From: Auanema rhodensis
Taxonomy: Eukaryota > Animalia > Nematoda
Length of the DNA: 64,000 nucleotides
Assembly (NCBI GenBank): GCA_964057225.1
Contig: OZ059894.1
Location: 4,650,001 to 4,714,000, forward strand
Direction: 5' to 3'
This document shows, piece by piece, positions 1-10,300 of this stretch (the stretch's first letter is position 1; every line of letters begins with the position of its first letter). The notes below the pieces were generated by a model. That model was given only the letters and a program-made list of their open reading frames with translations, was not told the DNA's origin and made no database searches. Position numbers and translations under genes: made by a program.

Positions 1-73
1 TTCGTTGAATAACATTGTCCATCGTCTTTGCCTTGAAAAAAGGAATCTAAAAACATCTACTTTTTGCTAAATT

Positions 74-108
74 ATTTTGAAATTTTTCGAAAAAATTTTT
101 GTCAAAAT
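74..108. repeat. Imperfect inverted repeat in the A/T-tract region (recurs in each monomer)
   Basis: A perfect 12-bp palindrome TTTTTCGAAAAA (83-94) is flanked by ATTTTGA (74-80) and its reverse complement TCAAAAT (102-108). Confidence 0.85.
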
Positions 109-120
109 TTTTTGGAAGCA

Positions 121-148
121 ATGTTGAGTGTACATGGAAACTCAACAT
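121..148. repeat. Inverted repeat with 9-bp stem and 10-nt loop (recurs in each monomer)
   Basis: ATGTTGAGT (121-129) is the exact reverse complement of ACTCAACAT (140-148). The loop is GTACATGGAA. Confidence 0.93.
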
Positions 149-216
149 ACACTAATGCATCATTTTTCAAACGATCATAACTAATTTTTGTATTAAGCGT
201 TTTTCAATGTAGTATA

Positions 217-286
217 GTGCATTCGATGCGGATTTTTAAGCTGCGTCGATCTGTGTTATCAGATTTGCGCTAGCTTAAAAATGCAC
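217..286. repeat. Long imperfect inverted repeat (recurs in each monomer)
   Basis: Pairings: ATTTTTAAGCT (232-242) with AGCTTAAAAAT (272-282), GCG (243-245) with CGC (268-270), ATCTG (249-253) with CAGAT (260-264), and outer GTGC (217-220) with GCAC (283-286). The loop is TGTTAT. Confidence 0.92.
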
Positions 287-325
287 CGAGATATCAACTG
301 ATATAAGTTCACACTTATATCCTCG
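287..325. repeat. Inverted repeat with 9-bp stem and 4-nt loop, plus an outer 4-bp clamp (recurs in each monomer)
   Basis: GATATAAGT (300-308), loop TCAC, ACTTATATC (313-321). Outer CGAG (287-290) pairs with CTCG (322-325). Confidence 0.92.
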
Positions 326-350
326 ATTTTCATCCTGAAGAATTAATTTT

Positions 351-701
351 TTCGTTGAATAACATTGTCCATCGTCTTTGCCTTGAAAAATCGAATCTAA
401 AAACATCTACTTTTCGCTAAATTATTTTGAAATTTTTCGAAAAAATTTTTGTCAAAATGTTTTTGGAAGCAATGTTGAGTGTACATGGAAACTCAACATA
501 CACTAATGCATCATTTTTCAAACGATCATAACTAATTTTTGTATCAAGCTTTTTTCAATGTAGTATAGTGCATTTGATGCGGATTTTTAAGCTGCGTCGA
601 TCTGTGTTATCAGATTTGCGCTAGCTTAAAAATGCACCGAGATATCAACTGATATAAGTTCACACTTATATCCTCGATTTTCACCCTGAAGAATTAATTT
701 T
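351..701. repeat. Representative 351-bp monomer (phase arbitrary)
   Basis: Spans TTCGTTGAAT at 351 to the base before the next unit at 702. Contains EcoRV (GATATC), NheI (GCTAGC), BsrGI (TGTACA), NsiI (ATGCAT) and BstBI (TTCGAA) sites. Confidence 0.97.
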
Positions 702-3700
702 CTCGTTGAATAACATTGTCCATCGTCTTTGCCTTGAAAAAAGGAATCTAAAAACATCTACTTTTTGCTAAATTATTTTGAAATTTTCCGAAAAAATTTT
801 TGTCAAAATGTTTTTGGAAGCAATGTTGAGTGTATATGGAAACTCAACATACACTAATGCATCATTTTTCAAACGATCATAACTAATTTTTGTATTGAGC
901 GTTTTTCAATGTAGTATAGTGCATTCGATGCGGATTTTTAAGCTGCGTCGATCTGTGTTATCAGATTTGCGCTAGCTTAAAAATGCACCGAGATATCAAC
1001 TGATATAAGTTCACACTTATATCCTCGATTTTCACCCTGAAGAAATAATTTTTTCGTTGAATAACATTGTCCATCGTCTTTGCCTTGAAAAAAGGAATCT
1101 AAAAACATCTACTTTTTGCTAAATTATTTTGAAATTTTTCGAAAAAATTTTTGTCAAAATTTTTTGGAAGCAATGTTGAGTGTACATGGAAACTCAACAT
1201 ACACTAATGCATCATTTTTCAAACGATCATAACTAATTTTTGTATTAATCGTTTTTCAATGTAGTATAGTGCATTCGATGCGGATTTTTAAGCTGCGTCG
1301 ATCTGTGTTATCAGATTTGCGCTAGCTTAAAAATGCACCGAGATATCAACTGATATAAGTTCACACTTATATCCTCGATTTTCACCCTGAAGAATTAATT
1401 TTTTCGTTGAATAACATTGTCTATCGTCTTTGCCTTGAGAAATGGAATCTAAAAACATCTACTTTTTGCTAAATTATTTTGAAATTTTTCGAAAAAATTT
1501 TTGTCAAAATGTTTTTGGAAGCAATGTTGAGTGTACATGGAAACTCAACATACACTAATGCATCATTTTTCAAACGATCATAACTAATTTTTGTATTAAG
1601 CGTTTTTCAATGTAGTATAGTGCATTCGATGCGGATTTTTAAGCTGCGTCGATCTGTGTTATCAGATTTGCGCTAGCTTAAAAATGCATCGAGATATCAA
1701 CTGATATAAGTTCACACTTATATCCTCGATTTTCACCCTGAAGAATTAATTTTCTCGTTGAATAACATTGTCCATCGTCTTTGCCTTGAAAAAAGGAATC
1801 TAAAAACATCTACTTTTTGCTAAATTATTTTGAAATTTTTCGAAAAAAGTTTTGTCAAAATGTTTTTGGAAGCAATGTTGAGTGTACATGGAAACTCAAC
1901 ATACACTAATGCATCATTTTTCAAACGATCATAACTAATTTTTGTATCAAGCTTTTTTCAATGTAGTATAGTGCATTTGATGCGGATTTTTAAGCTGCGT
2001 CGATCTGTGTTATCAGATTTGCGCTAGCTTAAAAATGCACCGAGATATCAACTGATATAAGTTCACACTTATATCCTCGATTTTCACCCTGAAGAATTAA
2101 TTTTCTCGTTGAATAACATTGTCCATCGTCTTTGCCTTGAAAAAAGGAATCTAAAAACATCTACTTTTTGCTAAATTATTTTGAAATTTTTCGAAAAAAG
2201 TTTTGTCAAAATGTTTTTGGAAGCAATGTTGAGTGTACATGGAAACTCAACATACACTAATGCATCATTTTTCAAACGATCATAACTAATTTTTGTATCA
2301 AGCGTTTCTTAATGTAGTATAGTGCATTCGATCCGGATTTTCAAGCTGCGTCGATCTGTGTTATCAGATTTGCGCTAGCTTAAAAATGCACCGAGATATC
2401 AACTGATATAAGTTCACACTTATATCCTCGATTTTCACCCTGAAGAATTAATTTTCTCGTTGAATAACATTGTCCATCGTCTTTGCCTTGAAAAAAGGAA
2501 TCTAAAAACATCTACTTTTTGCTAAATTATCTTGAAATTTTCCGAAAAAATTTTTGTCAAAATGTTTTTGGAAGCAATGTTGAGTGTACATGGAAACTCA
2601 ACATACACTAATGCATCATTTTTCAAACGATCATAACTAATTTTTGTATTAAGCGTTTTTCAATGTAGTATAGTGCATTCGATGCGGATTTTTAAGCTGC
2701 GTCGATCTGTGTTATCAGATTTGCGCTAGCTTAAAAATGCATCGAGATATCAACTGATATAAGTTCACACTTATATCCTCGATTTTCACCCTGAAGAATT
2801 AATTTTCTCGTTGAATAACATTGTCCATCGTCTTTGCCTTGAAAAAAGGAATCTAAAAACATCTACTTTTTGCTAAATTATTTTGAAATTTTTCGAAAAA
2901 AGTTTTGTCAAAATGTTTTTGGAAGCAATGTTGAGTGTACATGGAAACTCAACATACACTAATGCATCATTTTTCAAACGATCATAACTAATTTTTGTAT
3001 CAAGCGTTTCTTAATGTAGTATAGTGCATTCGATCCGGATTTTTAAGCTGCGTCGATCTGTGTTATCAGATTTGCGCTAGCTTAAAAATGCACCGAGATA
3101 TCAACTGATATAAGTTCACACTTATATCCTCGATTTTCACCCTGAAGAATTAATTTTCTCGTTGAATAACATTGTCCATCGTCTTTGCCTTGAAAAAAGG
3201 AATCTAAAAACATCTACTTTTTGCTAAATTATCTTGAAATTTTCCGAAAAAATTTTTGTCAAAATGTTTTTGGAAGCAATGTTGAGTGTACATGGAAACT
3301 CAACATACACTAATGCATCATTTTTCAAACGATCATAACTAATTTTTGTATTGAGCGTTTTTCAATGTAGTATAGTGCATTCGATGCGGATTTTTAAGCT
3401 GCGTCGATCTGTGTTATCAGATTTGCGCTAGCTTAAAAATGCACCGAGATATCAACTGATATAAGTTCACACTTATATCCTCGATTTTCACCCTGAAGAA
3501 TTAATTTTTTCGTTGAATAACATTGTCTATCGTCTTTGCCTTGAGAAATGGAATCTAAAAACATCTACTTTTTGCTAAATTATTTTGAAATTTTTCGAAA
3601 AAATTTTTGTCAAAATGTTTTTGGAAGCAATGTTGAGTGTACATGGAAACTCAACATACACTAATGCATCATTTTTCAAACGATCATAACTAATTTTTGT

Positions 3701-5965
3701 ATTAAGCGTTTTTCAATGTAGTATAGTGCATTCGATGCGGATTTTTAAGCTGCGTCGATCTGTGTTATCAGATTTGCGCTAGCTTAAAAATGCATCGAGA
3801 TATCAACTGATATAAGTTCACACTTATATCCTCGATTTTCACCCTGAAGAATTAATTTTCTCGTTGAATAACATTGTCCATCGTCTTTGCCTTGAAAAAA
3901 GGAATCTAAAAACATCTACTTTTTGCTAAATTATTTTGAAATTTTTCGAAAAAAGTTTTGTCAAAATGTTTTTGGAAGCAATGTTGAGTGTACATGGAAA
4001 CTCAACATACACTAATGCATCATTTTTCAAACGATCATAACTAATTTTTGTATTAAGCTTTTCTCAATGTAGTATAGTGCATTCGATGCGGATTTTTAAG
4101 CTGCGTCGATCTGTGTTATCAGATTTGCGCTAGCTTAAAAATGCACCGAGATATCAACTGATATAAGTTCACACTTATATCCTCGATTTTCACCCTGAAG
4201 AATTAATTTTTTCGTTGAATAACATTGTCTATCGTCTTTGCCTTGAAAAATGGAATCTAAAAACATCTACTTTTTGCTAAATTATTTTGAAATTTTTCGA
4301 AAAAATTTTTGTCAAAATGTTTTTGGAAGCAATGTTGAGTGTACATGGAAACTCAACATACACTAATGCATCATTTTTCAAACGATCATAACTAATTTTT
4401 GTATTAAGCGTTTTTCAATGTAGTATAGTGCATTCGATGCGGATTTTTAAGCTGCGTCGATCTGTGTTATCAGATTTGCGCTAGCTTAAAAATGCACCGA
4501 GATATCAACTGATACAAGTTCACACTTATATCTTCGATTTTCACCCTGAAGAAATAATTTTTTCGTTGAATAACATTGTCCATCGTCTTTGCTTTGAAAA
4601 AAGGATTCTAAAAACATCTACTTTTTGCTAAATTATTTTGAAATTTTTCGAAAAAATTTTTGTCAAAATGTTTTTGGAAGCAATGTTGAGTGTACATGGA
4701 AACTCAACATACACTAATGCATCATTTTTCAAACGATCATAACTAATTTTTGTATCAAGCGTTTCTTAATGTTGTATAGTGCATTCGATCCGGATTTTTA
4801 AGCTGCGTCGATCTGTGTTATCAGATTTGCGCTAGCTTAAAAATGCACCGAGATATCAACTGATATAAGTTCACACTTATATCCTCGATTTTCACCCTGA
4901 AGAAATAATTTTTTCGTTGAATAACATCGTCCATCGTCTTTGCCTTGAAAAAAGGAATCTAAAAACATCTACTTTTTGCTAAATTATTTTGAAATTTTTC
5001 GAAAAAATTTTTGTCAAAATGTTTTTGGAAGCAATGTTGAGTGTACATGGAAACTCAACATACACTAATGCATTATTTTTCAAACGATCATAACTAATTT
5101 TTGTATTAAGCGTTTCTCAATGTAGTAAAGTGCATTCGATGCGGATTTTTAAGCTGCGTCGATCTGTGTTATCAGATTTGCGCTAGCTTAAAAATGCACC
5201 GAGATATCAACTGATATAAGTTCACACTTATATCCTCGATTTTCACCCTGAAGAATTAATTTTTTCGTTGAATAACATTGTCTATCGTCTTTGCCTTGAG
5301 AAATGGAATCTAAAAACATCTACTTTTTGCTAAATTATTTTGAAATTTTTCGAAAAAATTTTTGTCAAAATGTTTTTGGAAGCAATGTTGAGTGTACATG
5401 GAAACTCAACATACACTAATGCATCATTTTTCAAACGATCATAACTAATTTTTGTATTAAGCGTTTCTCAATGTAGTAAAGTGCATTCGATGCGGATTTT
5501 TAAGCTGCGTCGATCTGTGTTATCAGATTTGCGCTAGCTTAAAAATGCACCGAGATATCAACTGATATAAGTTCACACTTATATCCTCGATTTTCACCCT
5601 GAAGAAATAATTTTTTCGTTGAATAACATTGTCCATCGTCTTTGCCTTGAAAAAAGGAATCTAAAAACATCTACTTTTTGCTAAATTATTTTGAAATTTT
5701 TCGAAAAAATTTTTGTCAAAATGTTTTTGGAAGCAATGTTGAGTGTACATGGAAACTCAACATACACTAATGCATCATTTTTCAAACGATCATAACTAAT
5801 TTTTGTATTAAGCGTTTCTCAATGTAGTATAGTGCATTCGATCCGGATTTTTAAGCTGCGTCGATCTGTGTTATCAGATTTGCGCTAGCTTGAAAATGCA
5901 CCGAGATATCAACTGATATAAGTTCACACTTATATCCTCGATTTTCACCCTGAAGAAATAATTTT

Positions 5966-7367
5966 TTCGTTGAATAACATTGTCCATCGTCTTTGCCTTG
6001 AAAAAAGGAATCTAAAAACATCTACTTTTTGCTAAATTATTTTGAAATTTTTCGAAAAAATTTTTGTCAAAATTTTTTGGAAGCAATGTTGAGTGTACAT
6101 GGAAACTCAACATACACTAATGCATCATTTTTCAAACGATCATAACTAATTTTTGTATTAAGCGTTTTTCAATGTAGTATAGTGCATTCGATGCGGATTT
6201 TTAAGCTGCGTCGATCTGTGTTATCAGATTTGCGCTAGCTTAAAAATGCACCGAGATATCAACTGATATAAGTTCACACTTATATCCTCGATTTTCATCC
6301 TGAAGAATTAATTTTTTCGTTGAATAACATTGTCCATCGTCTTTGCCTTGAAAAATCGAATCTAAAAACATTTACTTTTCGCTAAATTATTTTGAAATTT
6401 TTCGAAAAAATTTTTGTCAAAATGTTTTTGGAAGCAATGTTGAGTGTACATGGAAACTCAACATACACTAATGCATCATTTTTCAAACGATCATAACTAA
6501 TTTTTGTATCAAGCTTTTTTCAATGTAGTATAGTGCATTTGATGCGGATTTTTAAGCTGCGTCGATCTGTGTTATCAGATTTGCGCTAGCTTAAAAATGC
6601 ACCGAGATATCAACTGATATAAGTTCACACTTATATCCTCGATTTTCACCCTGAAGAAATAATTTTTTCGTTGAATAACATTGTCCATCGTCTTTGCCTT
6701 GAAAAAAGGAATCTAAAAACATCTACTTTTTGCTAAATTATTTTGAAATTTTTCGAAAAAATTTTTGTCAAAATTTTTTGGAAGCAATGTTGAGTGTACA
6801 TGGAAACTCAACATACACTAATGCATCATTTTTCAAACGATCATAACTAATTTTTGTATTAAGCGTTTTTCAATGTAGTATAGTGCATTCGATGCGGATT
6901 TTTAAGCTGCGTCGATCTGTGTTATCAGATTTGCGCTAGCTTAAAAATGCACCGAGATATCAACTGATATAAGTTCACACTTTTATCCTCGATTTTCATC
7001 CTGAAGAATTAATTTTTTCGTTGAATAACATTGTCCATCGTCTTTGCCTTGAAAAATCGAATCTAAAAACATTTACTTTTCGCTAAATTATTTTGAAATT
7101 TTTCGAAAAAATTTTTGTCAAAATGTTTTTGGAAGCAATGTTGAGTGTACATGGAAACTCAACATACACTAATGCATCATTTTTCAAACGATCATAACTA
7201 ATTTTTGTATCAAGCTTTTTTCAATGTAGTATAGTGCATTTGATGCGGATTTTTAAGCTGCGTCGATCTGTGTTATCAGATTTGCGCTAGCTTAAAAATG
7301 CACCGAGATATCAACTGATATAAGTTCACACTTATATCCTCGATTTTCACCCTGAAGAAATAATTTT
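5966..7367. repeat. Local 2-mer higher-order repeat (701 bp x2)
   Basis: A 350-bp monomer ending CATCCTG plus a 351-bp monomer carrying ATCGAATC, the private CATTTACT and GCATTTGAT. Units start at 5966 and 6667. Confidence 0.88.
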
Positions 7368-10300
7368 TTCGTTGAATAACATTGTCCATCGTCTTTGCCT
7401 TGAAAAAAGGAATCTAAAAACATCTACTTTTTGCTAAATTATTTTGAAATTTTTCGAAAAAATTTTTGTCAAAATTTTTTGGAAGCAATGTTGAGTGTAC
7501 ATGGAAACTCAACATACACTAATGCATCATTTTTCAAACGATCATAACTAATTTTTGTATTAATCGTTTTTCAATGTAGTATAGTGCATTCGATGCGGAT
7601 TTTTAAGCTGCGTCGATCTGTGTTATCAGATTTGCTCTAGCTTAAAAATGCACCGAGATATCAACTGATATAAGTTCACACTTATATCCTCGATTTTCAC
7701 CCTGAAGAAATAATTTTTTCGTTGAATAACATTGTCCATCGTCTTTGCCTTGAAAAAAGGAATCTAAAAACATCTACTTTTTGCTAAATTATTTTGAAAA
7801 TTTTCGAAAAAATTTTTGTCAAAATTTTTTGGAAGCAATGTTGAGTGTACATGGAAACTCAACATACACTAATGCATCATTTTTCAAACGATCATAACTA
7901 ATTTTTGTATTAATCGTTTTTCAATGTAGTATAGTGCATTCGATGCGGATTTTTAAGCTGCGTCGATCTGTGTTATCAGATTTGCTCTAGCTTAAAAATG
8001 CACCGAGATATCAACTGATATAAGTTCACACTTATATCCTCGATTTTCACCCTGAAGAATTAATTTTCTCGTTGAATAACATTGTCCATCGTCTTTGCCT
8101 TGAAAAAAGGAATCTAAAAACATCTACTTTTTGCTAAATTATCTTGAAATTTTCCGAAAAAATTTTTGTCAAAATGTTTTTGGAAGCAATGTTGAGTGTA
8201 CATGGAAACTCAACATACACTAATGCATCATTTTTCAAACGATCATAACTAATTTTTGTATTAATCGTTTTTCAATGTAGTATAGTGCATTCGATGCGGA
8301 TTTTTAAGCTGCGTCGATCTGTGTTATCAGATTTGCTCTAGCTTAAAAATGCACCGAGATATCAACTGATATAAGTTCACACTTATATCCTCGATTTTCA
8401 CCCTGAAGAAATAATTTTTTCGTTGAATAACATTGTCCATCGTCTTTGCCTTGAAAAAAGGAATCTAAAAACATCTACTTTTTGCTAAATTATTTTGAAA
8501 TTTTTCGAAAAAATTTTTGTCAAAATTTTTTGGAAGCAATGTTGAGTGTACATGGAAACTCAACATACACTAATGCATCATTTTTCAAACGATCATAACT
8601 AATTTTTGTATTAATCGTTTTTCAATGTAGTATAGTGCATTCGATGCGGATTTTTAAGCTGCGTCGATCTGTGTTATCAGATTTGCTCTAGCTTAAAAAT
8701 GCACCGAGATATCAACTGATATAAGTTCACACTTATATCCTCGATTTTCACCCTGAAGAAATAATTTTTTCGTTGAATAACATTGTCCATCGTCTTTGCC
8801 TTGAAAAAAGGAATCTAAAAACATCTACTTTTTGCTAAATTATTTTGAAATTTTTCGAAAAAATTTTTGTCAAAATTTTTTGGAAGCAATGTTGAGTGTA
8901 CATGGAAACTCAACATACACTAATGCATCATTTTTCAAACGATCATAACTAATTTTTGTATTAATCGTTTTTCAATGTAGTATAGTGCATTCGATGCGGA
9001 TTTTTAAGCTGCGTCGATCTGTGTTATCAGATTTGCTCTAGCTTAAAAATGCACCGAGATATCAACTGATATAAGTTCACACTTATATCCTCGATTTTCA
9101 CCCTGAAGAAATAATTTTTTCGTTGAATAACATTGTCCATCGTCTTTGCCTTGAAAAAAGGAATCTAAAAACATCTACTTTTTGCTAAATTATTTTGAAA
9201 TTTTTCGAAAAAATTTTTGTCAAAATTTTTTGGAAGCAATGTTGAGTGTACATGGAAACTCAACATACACTAATGCATCATTTTTCAAACGATCATAACT
9301 AATTTTTGTATTAATCGTTTTTCAATGTAGTATAGTGCATTCGATGCGGATTTTTAAGCTGCGTCGATCTGTGTTATCAGATTTGCTCTAGCTTAAAAAT
9401 GCACCGAGATATCAACTGATATAAGTTCACACTTATATCCTCGATTTTCATCCTGAAGAATTAATTTTTTCGTTGAATAACATTGTCCATCGTCTTTGCC
9501 TTGAAAAATCGAATCTAAAAACATCTACTTTTTGCTAAATTATTTTGAAATTTTCCGAAAAAATTTTTGTCAAAATGTTTTTGGAAGCAATGTTGAGTGT
9601 ACATGGAAACTCAACATACACTAATGCATCATTTTTCAAACGATCATAACTAATTTTTGTATTAAGCGTTTTTCAATGTAGTATAGTGCATTCGATGCGG
9701 ATTTTTAAGCTGCGTCGATCTGTGTTATCAGATTTGCGCTAGCTTGAAAATGCACCGAGATATCAACTGATATAAGTTCACACTTATATCCTCGATTTTC
9801 ACCCTGAAGAATTAATTTTTTCGTTGAATAACATTGTCTATCGTCTTTGCCTTGAAAAATGGAATCTAAAAACATCTACTTTTTGCTAAATTATTTTGAA
9901 ATTTTTCGAAAAAATTTTTGTCAAAATGTTTTTGGAAGCAATGTTGAGTGTACATGGAAACTCAACATACACTATTGCATCATTTTTCTAACGATCATAA
10001 CTAATTTTTGTATTAAGCTTTTCACAATGTAGTATAGTGCATTCGATGCGGATTTTTAAGCTGCGTCGATCTGTGTTATCAGATTTGCGCTAGCTTAAAA
10101 ATGCACCGAGATATCAACTGATATAAGTTCACACTTATATCCTCGATTTTCACCCTGAAGAATTAATTTTCTCGTTGAATAACATTGTCCATCGTCTTTG
10201 CCTTGAAAAATCGAATCTAAAAACATCTACTTTTTGCTAAATTATTTTGAAATTTTCCGAAAAAATTTTTGTCAAAATGTTTTTGGAAGCAATGTTGAGT

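Noticed and set aside
121-148. CRISPR-like palindromic repeat at regular spacing
   Set aside because: The intervening sequence is the same in every unit, so there are no unique spacers. The period is 351 bp and no cas genes are present.
232-321. Purifying selection preserving the hairpin stems
   Set aside because: Several recurrent variants break stem pairs (GCTCTAG, GATACAAG, ATAAATT, TTTTTGAGCT) and I saw no compensatory changes. Only the 121-148 stem is nearly invariant, which low overall divergence could explain.
217-325. tRNA, 5S or other structured RNA gene array, or intrinsic terminators
   Set aside because: No cloverleaf, no convincing Pol III A/B boxes and no recognisable rRNA or snRNA sequence. 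The stems are AT-rich with no associated gene.
1-350. Monomer as an ancient dimer of about 175-bp subunits
   Set aside because: No convincing alignment between the halves by eye. Only short AT-rich words such as TAATTTTT and TTTTTCAA recur, at inconsistent offsets.
350-366. CENP-B box resemblance (TTTCGTTGAATAACATT vs CTTCGTTGGAAACGGGA)
   Set aside because: It shares TTCGTTG but lacks the essential CGGG half of the motif.
457-531. Short ORF MFLEAMLSVHGNSTYTNASFFKRS*
   Set aside because: Only 24 codons, expected by chance. Its ATG is lost or its frame is shifted in the 350-bp variants, and there is no supporting signal.
351-701. 351 is divisible by 3, so the array might encode a giant repetitive protein
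   Set aside because: All six frames have stops in the consensus. Plus strand: TGA at monomer position 6, TAA at 10 and TAA at 68. Minus strand: CTA at 47, 57 and 67 cover all three frames.
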